Positions 1 to 10,666 are shown, counted from the stretch's first letter. The stretch is DNA of 64,000 nucleotides from Nitrosopumilaceae archaeon (GCA_965207375.1 OZ242274.1:1152001-1216000), one strand, 5' to 3'. Translations and numbers: made by a program. Notes: generated by a model not told the origin, from the sequence alone.

Positions 1-472
1 AAATCTTGACGGCAAAGCACTAGTTTTTTCAAGCTATCGTGATTCTGTAAATGTTATTCATAAAAATTTAATCGAGATGGGCATTGCATCGGGAATATTA
101 ATTGGAAAGGCAGGCGAGGAAGGATTGAAGCAAAAAAAGCAGATTGAGACTGTACAAAAATTCCGAGATGGCACATATCAGGTTTTAGTTGCAACGCGGG
201 TAGGTGAGGAAGGCTTGGATATCTCTGAGGTAAACTTGGTGGTTTTTTATGATAATGTTCCAAGCTCAATTCGTTTTGTGCAACGCAGGGGACGAACGGG
301 AAGAAAGGACGTGGGAAAACTCATAGTTTTGATTGCTGAGGACACCATTGATGAGACCTATTATTGGATAGGAAAGCGTAAAATCGAATCTGCAAGGACA
401 ATGGGAGACAAAATGACTCAGGTCCTAGATGATAGTAAAGAAAAAACCGGTCTTGATGCTTTTCTAGAGTGA
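1..472 (+). CDS. Hef/FANCM-like SF2 helicase, C-terminal part (5' end outside window)
   Basis: Frame is open from nt 2. Helicase motifs V/VI: VLVATRVGEEGLDI and RFVQRRGRTGR. Confidence 0.85.
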   Translation, partial: NLDGKALVFSSYRDSVNVIHKNLIEMGIASGILIGKAGEEGLKQKKQIETVQKFRDGTYQVLVATRVGEEGLDISEVNLVVFYDNVPSSIRFVQRRGRTGRKDVGKLIVLIAEDTIDETYYWIGKRKIESARTMGDKMTQVLDDSKEKTGLDAFLE

Positions 473-526
473 ATAAAAATAGATGTACTGTATAGTGATT
501 ATATCAAACCTTGGACCTGACTTGCT

Positions 527-802
527 CTAGCCAAATCTCTTGATAATATGATAGCCGAATTCGGATTTTACGGGCTCTGACACTTGACCTATTTGTAACT
601 TAAATGCTGTATCTTCAAACGGCTTTACCATTTTTCCTCGTGTAAAATATCCCAAACTTCCATCCCTTTTAGCACTGCCAGAGTCAATTGAAAACTCTTT
701 GGCTAGTCTTCCAAATTTTTCTCCATTGTTTAGTTTAGTTAAAATATCTAGTGCCTCGCTCTGCTTTTTTACAAGAATATGTGAACATTTGATTTTATTC
801 AT
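527..802 (-). CDS. Parvulin-type peptidyl-prolyl cis-trans isomerase
   Basis: CSHILVK...GSLGYF.RGKMVKPFEDTAF...SEFGYHII rotamase signature; 91-aa single domain typical of thaumarchaeal parvulins. Confidence 0.95.
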   Translation of the reverse strand: MNKIKCSHILVKKQSEALDILTKLNNGEKFGRLAKEFSIDSGSAKRDGSLGYFTRGKMVKPFEDTAFKLQIGQVSEPVKSEFGYHIIKRFG

Positions 803-981
803 ACTAGTATTGAATAATACCGTCTTTTATTTTTAATGAAAATAGATTGCTCTGTTGGTAATATGTCATGGTGGGTTTTCCCAAATTTACCCAAGTTCTT
901 GGTATCCCATCACTGTATGATTGCCTATTTTGTTTCCCGATTGGCAAGACATGGACGACTCACGCGTTTTCAATTAATTTG

Positions 982-1274
982 TCAGGTATTTTTTTCGTCA
1001 AATATTCGCCCTCTAATATCTGGGATTTTTTTGTATACCAAATCCCTAACCTTTTGTTGATCCTCTAAGGTAGGCATACCTCCTGTTTGTGCACTAAACA
1101 TTGCACTACCCATGGCTAAGGCCATACCCATTACCAATCCATAGACAAATTCCTTTGGATTTTCAACTTTGAGTTCGTCCTTGTTTTGCTCAATTTCTTG
1201 CAAATGCATGGAATTGTTGCAAGTGCTCCGTCTATTGTTTGACCAATTAATGTGTCAATCATGTCTTTGCTCAT
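982..1274 (-). CDS. Hypothetical membrane-associated protein, apparently frameshifted near 1210
   Basis: ATG at 1274 reads MSKDMIDTLIGQTIDGALATIP. It is 1 nt out of frame with the 982..1209 ORF (MHLQEIEQ...), and joining the two gives a coherent ~97-aa protein. Confidence 0.55.
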
Positions 1275-1400
1275 AAAACACTCTATTATTTACAGATATT
1301 AAATCTGTGTAATGTTACAGGCAGGATACATAAAAGTGGAAATTTTACGAGTTTACAATTACCTCTATGTGACTAAGACTTTTAATCTAGTTTTAAAGAA

Positions 1401-1811
1401 TTGTGTCCAATGTTTGCATATTTTACACTAGCACAGGCAAATGACGTATTGCCAGATGTTATCAAAAAATTTGAAATAGTATTGGCAAAAAAGAATCAGG
1501 TTTCAAAAATTGAACACCAGTTGCAGGTCAGTGTATCTGTAAATAACAAATTTGAAGATTATGTAACACTAAAGCAAAAACTCAATTCTGCAATCTCTCA
1601 GTTTTATGCAGCAATTGAAGAATTAGAAGGTACTGGATTTGTAATAAAAAATATCGATGAAGGTCTAGGTGATTTTCCATCCTTGAGGTTTGATCAGGAG
1701 GTTTGGTTGTGTTGGAAATATGGAGAGACCGAAATCAAATTTTGGCACGAAAAAGATTCTGGATTTGCAGGCAGAAAGCCATTAGAGGTAGACGATGATA
1801 CCTTGGTTTAG
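1401..1811 (+). CDS. DUF2203 family protein (start probably ATG 1410)
   Basis: F(T)L.QAN..LP at the N-terminus; IK.IDEGL.DFP and VWLCWKYGE.EI.FWH....GFAGRKP at the C-terminus. Confidence 0.85.
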   Translation: MCPMFAYFTLAQANDVLPDVIKKFEIVLAKKNQVSKIEHQLQVSVSVNNKFEDYVTLKQKLNSAISQFYAAIEELEGTGFVIKNIDEGLGDFPSLRFDQEVWLCWKYGETEIKFWHEKDSGFAGRKPLEVDDDTLV

Positions 1812-1971
1812 ACAGATGTATAGGCAAATCGTGACATTTGCAATTTCTTCAAAAAAGACAAATGTTTGATTTGATAAAAATCGCAAATTAATCAATACGT
1901 TTAAAATTAAAGAATATTTTGGGCAAACTAGCAGGATATGATTTAATTAAACCAAAATCAAATTCTGATTT

Positions 1972-2502
1972 ATGCGTGCGTTGATGGTGGGTAGATTTCA
2001 ACCATTTCATTTGGGGCATTTGGATCTAGTGCGACAGATTCTTTTGCAAAATGACGAGATAATAATTGCAGTTACTAGCTCCCAGTTTAATTATCTGTCA
2101 AAGGATCCCTTTACATCGGGGGAGAGAATTGAAATGATTCACAATTCTTTATGTGATGCAGGTATTGACATGTCAAAGTGTTTTGTTACTGCAATCCAAA
2201 ACCAGTTCAATGTGGCAACCTGGGCAGGATACTTGAAGTCATCTTTACCTGCGTTTGACAAGGTGTATAGTGGAAATTCCTACGTCTCAATGCTACTTGA
2301 GAATTCTGGAATTGATGTAATTGCTCCAAGATTTTTAGAGCGTCAAAAGTATACTGCAAGTAAGATACGTGATTTAATAGTCAATGGAGGAGATTGGAAA
2401 TCATGTGTTCCAAAGGCAGTTTCTGATATTATTGAAAAAATAGACGGCATAACCCGACTAGAGATCATAGCTGTATCTGATACTGACCCCACGGATCACT
2501 GA
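1972..2502 (+). CDS. nadM: Nicotinamide-nucleotide adenylyltransferase
   Basis: GRFQPFHLGH (HxGH) motif, PFTSGER, ASKIR and W...VP motifs. Confidence 0.92.
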   Translation: MRALMVGRFQPFHLGHLDLVRQILLQNDEIIIAVTSSQFNYLSKDPFTSGERIEMIHNSLCDAGIDMSKCFVTAIQNQFNVATWAGYLKSSLPAFDKVYSGNSYVSMLLENSGIDVIAPRFLERQKYTASKIRDLIVNGGDWKSCVPKAVSDIIEKIDGITRLEIIAVSDTDPTDH

Positions 2503-2509
2503 TGGTATC

Positions 2510-2623
2510 ATGCGTGCCTGCCCTATCTGTCCACAATGTGGCTCAAAACGGTTTGAGCGATTACCAAAAAAGGGTATGATTGTAAAATGTCGCAAATGTA
2601 ACCAGATCATAGACATTTCATAG
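2510..2623 (+). CDS. Small CPxCG-type zinc-finger protein (37 aa; not in ORF track)
   Basis: Translated by hand: MRACPICPQCGSKRFERLPKKGMIVKCRKCNQIIDIS*. Has CxxC pairs and fills the nadM-ilvC gap. Confidence 0.6.
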   Translation: MRACPICPQCGSKRFERLPKKGMIVKCRKCNQIIDIS

Positions 2624-2652
2624 TTAATATTTGCAGTATTGTATCTAAAATT

Positions 2653-3651
2653 ATGGCAAAAACATGGAAGGATGCAGATATCAGCCTTGATCCAATAAAA
2701 AATCAGACAATAGCCGTAATTGGCTATGGGATACAGGGTCATGCGCAAGCAAACAACATGAAGGACTCTGGACTCAACGTAATTATTGGCCTTAAAGAAG
2801 GCAGGAACAGCTGGGAGCAGGCCAAAGCAGACGGTCATAAAGTAATGTCAGTGGCAGAGGCTACAAAAGCTGCCGACATTGTACACATATTGATTCCAGA
2901 CATGATTCAGGGCCAAGTTTACAAAGATGAAATCAAACCAAATCTTTCTAAAGGCAATACACTGTCATTTTCTCATGCTGCTGCAATATACTGGAAATGG
3001 ATTGAGGCACCATCTGATGTTGATCTCATCATGGTGGCACCAAAAGGACCAGGCTCCAAAGTACGAGAGACATATCTTGATAATTTTGGAACCCCCTCTA
3101 TTGTTGCAGTAGAACAGGACTTTACAGGAAAGGCCTGGGACAAAACATTGGGAATTGCAAAGGCAATCGGAAGTGCAAGAGCAGGATTAATTCAGACTAG
3201 CTTCAAAGAGGAGGTAGAAACTGATTGGTTTGGAGAGCAGGCAGACCTTTGTGGCGGCGCAGCATCAATGGTAACAAATGCGTTTGAAACTCTAGTTGAG
3301 GCAGGTTATCAGCCCGAGATTGCATACTTTGAGGTGTTACATGAGCTCAAACTCATAGTAGACATGATTCAAAGGTATGGAATCAACGGAATGTGGAGAC
3401 GAGTTAGTGAGACTGCAAGATATGGCGGCCTGACTCGGGGTCCGATGGTCATGGATACTGTAAATAAACAAAATATGAAAAAAGTACTGACCATGATTCA
3501 GGATGGCACATTTAACAAAGAGTGGATATCTGAATATCAAAAAAATGGAAAAGATGCATTTAACAAATATATCAAAGAGTATGAAGAGCATCAAATTGAA
3601 AAGGTCGGCAAACAAATGCGTAAAATGATGTGGCCTGATTCCACAGAATAA
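2653..3651 (+). CDS. ilvC: Ketol-acid reductoisomerase
   Basis: IGYGIQGHAQA Rossmann motif, VAPKGPG, ETDWFGEQ and SETARYG. Confidence 0.97.
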   Translation: MAKTWKDADISLDPIKNQTIAVIGYGIQGHAQANNMKDSGLNVIIGLKEGRNSWEQAKADGHKVMSVAEATKAADIVHILIPDMIQGQVYKDEIKPNLSKGNTLSFSHAAAIYWKWIEAPSDVDLIMVAPKGPGSKVRETYLDNFGTPSIVAVEQDFTGKAWDKTLGIAKAIGSARAGLIQTSFKEEVETDWFGEQADLCGGAASMVTNAFETLVEAGYQPEIAYFEVLHELKLIVDMIQRYGINGMWRRVSETARYGGLTRGPMVMDTVNKQNMKKVLTMIQDGTFNKEWISEYQKNGKDAFNKYIKEYEEHQIEKVGKQMRKMMWPDSTE

Positions 3652-3922
3652 TCTTTTTTCTATATTGATGTTTTGCATCAGGGTGTAACTATACCATAGT
3701 GCTTTTGCTATATGTTGCCCAAATATACTTGGAGTGTGCAAGTCGTGTCTTGGACATACTATCATAAAAAATCTGTGCCTGTACACGGTAGTCTCAGATG
3801 AGTCCATCATACAACGTGACATGGAACAAAAATTCCCTGATTCTGTAACTGCTTGGCTCACAGACATACTAGATGCCCAAGCATATCCAAAAAGACATAA
3901 GTTATAATGTACACAAAATTTT

Positions 3923-4696
3923 ATGGTACGCAAGCCAAGAATAGGACTAGGTACAAGCATTGGAAAACACACTTGCATATCTCCTGAATGTAAAATTGGT
4001 AATAGAGTCAAAATTGGTGACGGTGTGATTATGGAAGGTAACATACAGGTAGGTGATAATACGATAATTGATCATGGGGTAATAATTCGGGGAACTACAA
4101 AGATAGGAAAGGACAACTGGATATATCCATATGCTATAATAGGAACCGGACCAGAACATCGCGCATTTGCAGACAAGGTTCCATCAAAGCTTCGAATAGA
4201 CATAGGAGATCGAAACATAATCCGAGAATATTGCAGGATACATCTGCCCACTGAATCAAAAAAGACCTCGCTTGGTTCTGACTGTTACATCATGACCAAC
4301 TCTCATCTTGCACACGACGTTACAGTACATGATCATGTAACCTTGTCTCCGCTAGTCATCTTAGGTGGACATACTGAGGTCTTTGAGTATGCAAACTTGG
4401 GAATCAGTGCAGTAATACACCAGTTCTGCAAGATAGGATCATATACAATGGTGGCAATGAACAGCAGTATAACAAAGGACATACTGCCGTTTTCACTGAT
4501 AAACCGTCAAATGTTTACAAAAATAAACACAGTTGGGCTCAGTAGGGCAGGAGTTACAGAAAACGAGATTGAAAACATAAGAAAAATGTATCAGAATGGA
4601 GTTCCAAGGCAGCCCAAGACGTGGTATGAAAAAGAGGTCAGACGATTCATGCGCATCTCTACTAGGGGCACATATGAGCCCTCCTTTGACAAATAA
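3923..4696 (+). CDS. lpxA: LpxA-like UDP-GlcNAc O-acyltransferase (left-handed beta-helix)
   Basis: Hexapeptide repeats, IGDRNIIRE, SHLAHD, GGH, IHQFCKIG and C-terminal N.VGL.R.G helical domain. Confidence 0.8.
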   Translation: MVRKPRIGLGTSIGKHTCISPECKIGNRVKIGDGVIMEGNIQVGDNTIIDHGVIIRGTTKIGKDNWIYPYAIIGTGPEHRAFADKVPSKLRIDIGDRNIIREYCRIHLPTESKKTSLGSDCYIMTNSHLAHDVTVHDHVTLSPLVILGGHTEVFEYANLGISAVIHQFCKIGSYTMVAMNSSITKDILPFSLINRQMFTKINTVGLSRAGVTENEIENIRKMYQNGVPRQPKTWYEKEVRRFMRISTRGTYEPSFDK

Positions 4697-4708
4697 CCAA
4701 AGAATCCA

Positions 4709-5131
4709 TTATATTTTTCTTAATTTGGAAACTCCGGTTGTAATATGATCAATAATTGTAGGCAATGAGGTTCCTGGACCAAATACGTGGTCTACTCCTG
4801 ATTTTATCAGTCCTTTGTGGTCAATGTTTGGAATAACTCCTCCTCCAACAACTAGTACGTCTTTGATTCCTTTCTTTTTGAGTTCCTTGACGACCCTTGG
4901 AAAAAGTGTTCCATGTGCGCCGTTGAGCAGACTCATTGCCACAGCATCAACATCCTCATCTTGTGCAATTTGTGCAACTCGTTCTGGTGTTGCAAACAAT
5001 CCCGAATAGATTACCTCCATTCCTGCATCTCTAAATGCTCTACAAAGTACCAATGCACCACGATCATGGCCATCAAGACCTAGCTTGGCTACCAAAATCT
5101 TAATTCTGCGTGTTGCAGTTTTTTGCCTCAT
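4709..5131 (-). CDS. Methylmalonyl-CoA mutase small (cobalamin-binding) subunit
   Basis: KLGLDGHDRG (DxHxxG) B12-binding motif and VVGGGVIP; near the mutase large subunit. Confidence 0.95.
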   Translation of the reverse strand: MRQKTATRRIKILVAKLGLDGHDRGALVLCRAFRDAGMEVIYSGLFATPERVAQIAQDEDVDAVAMSLLNGAHGTLFPRVVKELKKKGIKDVLVVGGGVIPNIDHKGLIKSGVDHVFGPGTSLPTIIDHITTGVSKLRKI

Positions 5132-5213
5132 GTGTAATATAATGAAATCATGACACCTTTATTTGATTTTCTCAAACACGAATCTACATAAAGCCGAATG
5201 AAAAATCTGTATC

Positions 5214-7709
5214 ATGTCAACTAGACCTGTAAATTACAATCTGGAATTTGAACCTAATTTTACAAATTTTACATTTGAGGGCAAGGCAGCAATTACTGCT
5301 ATCTCTGAAAAACCTACCGATAAAATATCGATTCATGCAGCAGAGCTCAAAATCAAGTACTGTCATGTTTTGTATGATGGAAAAAAAATATCTGCTACAA
5401 CAAGACTTGATGAAATAGCAGAAAAATTACACATCGACTTGTCCTCAAAGGTCAGCAGAAAATTCATAATTGAGATTGGATTTGTTGGAATCTTAAATGA
5501 GCGACTGTTGGGATTTTATCAAAGCAGATACAAGGTTGGTAATAACACAAAATTTATGGCCACCACCCAGTTTGAGGCAGCCGATGCAAGACGTGCATTT
5601 CCATGTTGGGATGAACCACAAGCAAAGGCCACATTTGATATTGCAATAATTGCAAAAGATACACACATGGCAATATCAAACATGCCGGTACTATCAAAGA
5701 AAAAATTAAACAAAAAAACGCGTTATCAGTTTGATACGACTCCAATCATGTCCACGTATCTGATTTATCTAGGTGTTGGCGAATTTGAGTACATTTCTGG
5801 AAAAGCAGGCAAAACTATGATACGAGTCATAACTACAAAAGGAAACAAGTCTCGCGGAAAATTCGCTCTAGATCTTGGTAAAAAGCTACTTGTATCTTAT
5901 GAAAAATATTTTGGAATCGCATACCCACTACCAAAACTAGATTTGCTTGCAATTCCTGATTTTGCAGCAGGTGCAATGGAGAACTGGGGCGCAATCACAT
6001 TTAGAGAGACCATTTTACTGTATGATTCCAAGACCTCCTCTACTAGAACCAAACAATTCATCGCAGAAGTCATCTCTCATGAGATTGCACACCAGTGGTT
6101 TGGTAATTTGGTTACAATGAAATGGTGGAATGACTTGTGGCTCAATGAAAGCTTTGCAACTTTTATGGCAACAAAGTTTGTTGACAAGTTCTATCCAGAG
6201 TGGGAACTATGGGATCAGTTTGTAGAGGATTCAATGAATACTTCAATGGGACTAGATGCATTAAAAACAACACATCCAATCGATGTCAAAGTAAACAGTC
6301 CTGCCCAAATTCGTGAAATCTTTGATGCCATTTCATATGACAAGGGAGGTTGTATATTGCGTATGCTAGAACATTACGTTGGAGAATCAAGCTTTAGAAG
6401 TGGTCTCAAAAAATACCTTGCAAAATTCAAGTATCAAAATGCAACAGGTGATGACTTGTGGTCTGCAATAGGTGCAGCATCAGGCAAGCCAGTAAAGGCC
6501 ATGGTAAATAGCTGGTTAAAACAACCTGGATTTCCTCTAGTTGAGGTTTTACAAGACGGCAATGTAATTAAATTGAATCAAAAACGATTCTTGGCAGAAT
6601 CTGATAAAAAGCATCAAAAGGGACTCTGGCACATACCAGTTGATATATTCCTAGACTCAAAATCTCAAAATCATTTGCTTTTAACAAAATCTAAAAACAT
6701 CAAAATTCCAAAAAACTCTACAGTAATAGTAAACCATCAAAGAACCGGATTTTATCGCACCAAATACGATGATGGAATCTTGCTTGATCTTAAACGGTTG
6801 ATAGATGAAAAAAAGATCTCCCATATTGATAGATGGTCGATTCAAAATGATCTGTTTGCAATGTGTGTATCCGGCCATCAAACGGTTAGAAATTATTTGG
6901 ATTTTAGTGATGCATATTTTGATGAGGACAGCTATTTGGTTTTGACAAATGTATCAAGCAACCTTTATTCGCTGTTTTTACTAGCGTTTTGGGAGCAGTC
7001 TACTGTAGAAATCAAAATCTATGCCAGAAATTACTTTAGACACATTTTACATCGCATGGGATGGGATTCAAAAAAATCAGACAAGCATACTGATGCATTG
7101 CTTCGAAGCTTTGCAATATCTGCACTTGCAAAACTTGGAGACGGTCAGGTAATTGAGGAGGCCGAATCTAGATTTAAAAAATTCTTGAAAAAACCAAGTA
7201 CGCTACCTGCTGATTTGCAAGAGGCAGTATTTTCAATTGTTGCTTGGAACGGCGATGCAAAAACACATGCAAAGCTGACTGCACTATACAAAAAGGCAAA
7301 AACTCAAGAAGAAAAACTGCGTTTTCTAGCAGCACTGTGTACATTCAAAGATAAAAGACTACTTGTACGGTCACTTAACTTTTCTCAAACTGCGTTTGTA
7401 CGCTCGCAAAACATGCAATTACCTATAATGCGCGTTGCTGCAAATCCTTATGGTAGGCAGATTCTTTGGCCATGGCTTCAAAAAAACTGGAAAAAGCTAA
7501 GCAAAAAGGTAGGACACGGCAATCCTCTCTTTAACCGAATAGTTGCAAGCATAGGTCAGGTGGCAGATGCCTCTATGGAAAAAGAGATTCGCATATTTTT
7601 TAAAGACAATCCAACACCGGGCACCGAAAGAACCCTTGATCAAACCCTAGAACGTATACGTATAAAGTCAAGACTGCAAAGTTTCATACGCAAAGAGTTT
7701 TCAAACTGA
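5214..7709 (+). CDS. M1 family aminopeptidase (PepN/tricorn-interacting factor type)
   Basis: GAMENWG, HEIAHQWFGN...WLNESFA (HEXXH-18-E) and YDKG; ERAP1-like C-terminus. Confidence 0.95.
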   Translation: MSTRPVNYNLEFEPNFTNFTFEGKAAITAISEKPTDKISIHAAELKIKYCHVLYDGKKISATTRLDEIAEKLHIDLSSKVSRKFIIEIGFVGILNERLLGFYQSRYKVGNNTKFMATTQFEAADARRAFPCWDEPQAKATFDIAIIAKDTHMAISNMPVLSKKKLNKKTRYQFDTTPIMSTYLIYLGVGEFEYISGKAGKTMIRVITTKGNKSRGKFALDLGKKLLVSYEKYFGIAYPLPKLDLLAIPDFAAGAMENWGAITFRETILLYDSKTSSTRTKQFIAEVISHEIAHQWFGNLVTMKWWNDLWLNESFATFMATKFVDKFYPEWELWDQFVEDSMNTSMGLDALKTTHPIDVKVNSPAQIREIFDAISYDKGGCILRMLEHYVGESSFRSGLKKYLAKFKYQNATGDDLWSAIGAASGKPVKAMVNSWLKQPGFPLVEVLQDGNVIKLNQKRFLAESDKKHQKGLWHIPVDIFLDSKSQNHLLLTKSKNIKIPKNSTVIVNHQRTGFYRTKYDDGILLDLKRLIDEKKISHIDRWSIQNDLFAMCVSGHQTVRNYLDFSDAYFDEDSYLVLTNVSSNLYSLFLLAFWEQSTVEIKIYARNYFRHILHRMGWDSKKSDKHTDALLRSFAISALAKLGDGQVIEEAESRFKKFLKKPSTLPADLQEAVFSIVAWNGDAKTHAKLTALYKKAKTQEEKLRFLAALCTFKDKRLLVRSLNFSQTAFVRSQNMQLPIMRVAANPYGRQILWPWLQKNWKKLSKKVGHGNPLFNRIVASIGQVADASMEKEIRIFFKDNPTPGTERTLDQTLERIRIKSRLQSFIRKEFSN

Positions 7710-7710
7710 T

Positions 7711-8112
7711 ATGATTACAAAAATAACTTTTATCTTTGGAATCGCAATAATTACTACTCTTGCAGTATTTTTACTAGGCACAGACCAGTCGCCTGATCTT
7801 TCTGATACCTTTGTGGTAAATGCAGTATATTTTGCCGATCAGAATCTGGTTCAAATCAGCTTTGAGGATACTAGCGGCCAATCGACTCTTGTAATAATGG
7901 AGATACAAGGAATGGATGAATCATTTCAAAAATATTATGAGAAAACAAGCTTTGTTGAAAATGTAACATTTGAGCTTGCTCCAAAATTTGGCTGGAAGGT
8001 GCACCCTGTTACCTTTGTGGTGCAACACCCCTTATATGAGCAAATAGGCATCAAGACTGAGATTCATGCCCCCAATGAGGCAAAACCTGCAGTTATTTAC
8101 AGCAGTCTCTAA
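7711..8112 (+). CDS. Hypothetical protein with N-terminal membrane anchor
   Basis: Hydrophobic N-terminus; tightly coupled to the aminopeptidase gene. Confidence 0.7.
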   Translation: MITKITFIFGIAIITTLAVFLLGTDQSPDLSDTFVVNAVYFADQNLVQISFEDTSGQSTLVIMEIQGMDESFQKYYEKTSFVENVTFELAPKFGWKVHPVTFVVQHPLYEQIGIKTEIHAPNEAKPAVIYSSL

Positions 8113-8142
8113 AATGTATCATCTACAAGATTTTATTACAGT

Positions 8143-9072
8143 ATGGTTTTTGTAGCCATAATGCTTGCTGATCTGAAAAAAGGAAAACGAGGCGCAATTG
8201 CCAAGGCAATATCGCTAGTTGAAAATGATCAAAAAGGAGCACGCAAATTGATAAAAGAAATTTTTGCAGATTCTGGCAAATCAATTGTAATAGGTATAAC
8301 GGGTCCTGCAGGCGCAGGTAAGAGCTCTTTAATTAATAAAACCATAACAGAGCTTCGAAAACTAAAAACAAAACCTGCAGTTTTAGCAGTTGATCCTACC
8401 AGTCATCTAACAGGCGGTGCAATCTTGGGAGACCGAGTTAGAATGAGCGAATCAACCGATTCAGGCACCTATATTCGAAGCATTGCATCTCGGGGTTCAA
8501 CAGGGGCAGTATCTCGTTCGCTACGAAACAGTATAAGGGTTTTAGAGTATGCAGGATTTAATCCAATTATTATAGAAAGTGTAGGTGCCGGACAAACAGA
8601 GGTTGAAATATCAAACATTGCAGACATTACAATTGTAGTTTTTAACCCCCATACCGGAGACAGTATTCAGACAATTAAGGCAGGCCTTACTGAAATTGGA
8701 GACATGTACGTTGTCAATAAATTTGACCTAGATGGGGCGGCTAATCTATTTGATGCAGTACAAGACTATATTGGCGCATCAGATAAAAAACCAATAATTC
8801 TAAAAACATCTACAAAAAAAAACACAGGAATCAAAGCATTTGCAAAAAATCTCAAAGAGATGATGGCCTTAAAAAAGGCTGAGAAAAAACAAAACGAATC
8901 TGCACGATTAGAGGCAGAGCTACGTGGTATTGTTTTAAATAACATAAATGAACGAATCGATATGATGCTTGATTCTAACAAATCATATTTGGCAAATCTT
9001 AAAAAACTAAAGGCAAAAAGCATTGATCCATTTGCAGCAGGTGATAAAATATCAAAGTCAATACTAGGGTGA
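8143..9072 (+). CDS. meaB: Methylmalonyl-CoA mutase-associated GTPase MeaB/ArgK (start may be ATG 8161)
   Basis: GPAGAGKSS, AVDPTS, GDRVRM, ESVGAGQ and NKFD motifs. Confidence 0.93.
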   Translation: MVFVAIMLADLKKGKRGAIAKAISLVENDQKGARKLIKEIFADSGKSIVIGITGPAGAGKSSLINKTITELRKLKTKPAVLAVDPTSHLTGGAILGDRVRMSESTDSGTYIRSIASRGSTGAVSRSLRNSIRVLEYAGFNPIIIESVGAGQTEVEISNIADITIVVFNPHTGDSIQTIKAGLTEIGDMYVVNKFDLDGAANLFDAVQDYIGASDKKPIILKTSTKKNTGIKAFAKNLKEMMALKKAEKKQNESARLEAELRGIVLNNINERIDMMLDSNKSYLANLKKLKAKSIDPFAAGDKISKSILG

Positions 9073-9079
9073 TGACATT

Positions 9080-10666
9080 ATGAAATCAAAGAGTACGCAA
9101 GAAAAGAAGATTTTTACGGATTCAAACTTTTCTGTAAAGCGAATTTATAAAAAATCATCAAAAAACAGACCGTCTCAGGATGCAGGAAAATACCCCTTTA
9201 TGCGTGGAATTCATGCCGGAATGTATCGCGATAGATTCTGGACCATGCGTCAATATTCTGGATTTGGAGATGCCAAGCTTACAAATGAGCGATTCAAGTT
9301 TATGCTGCAAAAGGGGCAGACAGGTCTGAGTATGGCCTTTGATCTTCCCACACAAATAGGACATGATCCTGACTCGACTCCTGCAGAAGGTGAGGTGGGA
9401 AAGGTAGGAGTTTCAATTGCATCAGTCAAAGACATGATGACTGCATTTGATGGAATTCCACTAGGCCGGGTCAGCTCATCTATGACGATTAATTCCACTG
9501 CATCAACGCTGTTGGCATATTATGTAATAGTTGGAGAGTCACAAGGATTCAAAAGCCAGCAGCTGCGAGGTACCACTCAAAACGACATTCTCAAAGAATA
9601 CATTGCAAGAAATACTTACATTTATCCACCACAGCCTTCGATGCGACTAATCGGGGACATGATTCAATATTGTGCACAAAATGTACCGCAATGGTATCCT
9701 GTTTCAATTTCTGGCTATCATATGAGGGAGGCAGGATGTACTGCAACACAGGAAATAGCATTTACTCTTGCAAATGCAATTGCTTACATTCAAACATGCA
9801 TTGATAGAGGACTTGACATTGATGACTTTGCACCGCGGCTTTCGTTTTTCTTTTGCTGTACGATAGAGTTCTTTGAAGAGGTTGCCAAATTTCGTGTTGC
9901 AAGAAAGGTTTATGCAAAAATTCTCAAAGAAATGTTTGGCGCAAAAGATCCAAAATCCATGCAGTTAAAATTCCACACTCAAACTAGCGGCGAATCACTT
10001 ACTGCCCAACAACCAGACAACAATATAGTCAGAGTTGCAATCCAGACAATGGCTGCAGTCATGGGGGGCACCCAATCACTTCACACAAACTCTAGAGACG
10101 AGGCTTTGGCATTGCCTACTCAGGAATCTGCCAAAATCGCCCTTAGAACTCAGCAAATTGTTGCACATGAAAGTGGGGTGACAAAAACCGTTGATCCGAT
10201 GGCAGGTTCACACTATCTTGAGGAATTATGTGACCAAATAGAGGACGGCGTCTGGAAGTATCTTAAGAAAATTCAAAAAATGGGAGGCTCTGTAAAGGCA
10301 ATTGAGAAGGGATTTTTCCAGTCCGAAATCAGGCAAAATGCATACCGCCTTAAAAAGGAAGCAGATGACGGCGACAGGATTCTAGTTGGAGTTAACAAGT
10401 ATGTCGAAGAAGAAACACAGCCGGATTTGCTACGTATAGATGATAAAATTGAAATTCAACAAAAAAAGGCCCTAAAAAAGCTGTATGGTTTTAGAGATTC
10501 AGCAAAGGTGCAAAAGGCACTCTCTGCAGTAAAGGCAGCAGCAGATACTGATGAAAATTTAATGCCATATATTATCGGGGCTGCAAAAGCCTATGCAACA
10601 ACTGGGGAAATCAGCAACTCATTTCGTGAAGTCTTTGGGGAGTATAGACCAAGGGAGGTATTTTAG
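9080..10666 (+). CDS. Methylmalonyl-CoA mutase large subunit
   Basis: WTMRQYSGF, AFDLPTQ, GTTQNDILKEY and ISGYHMRE motifs. Confidence 0.97.
   Translation: MKSKSTQEKKIFTDSNFSVKRIYKKSSKNRPSQDAGKYPFMRGIHAGMYRDRFWTMRQYSGFGDAKLTNERFKFMLQKGQTGLSMAFDLPTQIGHDPDSTPAEGEVGKVGVSIASVKDMMTAFDGIPLGRVSSSMTINSTASTLLAYYVIVGESQGFKSQQLRGTTQNDILKEYIARNTYIYPPQPSMRLIGDMIQYCAQNVPQWYPVSISGYHMREAGCTATQEIAFTLANAIAYIQTCIDRGLDIDDFAPRLSFFFCCTIEFFEEVAKFRVARKVYAKILKEMFGAKDPKSMQLKFHTQTSGESLTAQQPDNNIVRVAIQTMAAVMGGTQSLHTNSRDEALALPTQESAKIALRTQQIVAHESGVTKTVDPMAGSHYLEELCDQIEDGVWKYLKKIQKMGGSVKAIEKGFFQSEIRQNAYRLKKEADDGDRILVGVNKYVEEETQPDLLRIDDKIEIQQKKALKKLYGFRDSAKVQKALSAVKAAADTDENLMPYIIGAAKAYATTGEISNSFREVFGEYRPREVF

Noticed and set aside
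3337-4044. 235-aa minus-strand ORF
   Set aside because: It overlaps ilvC and the lpxA-like gene in antisense and has no recognisable motif.
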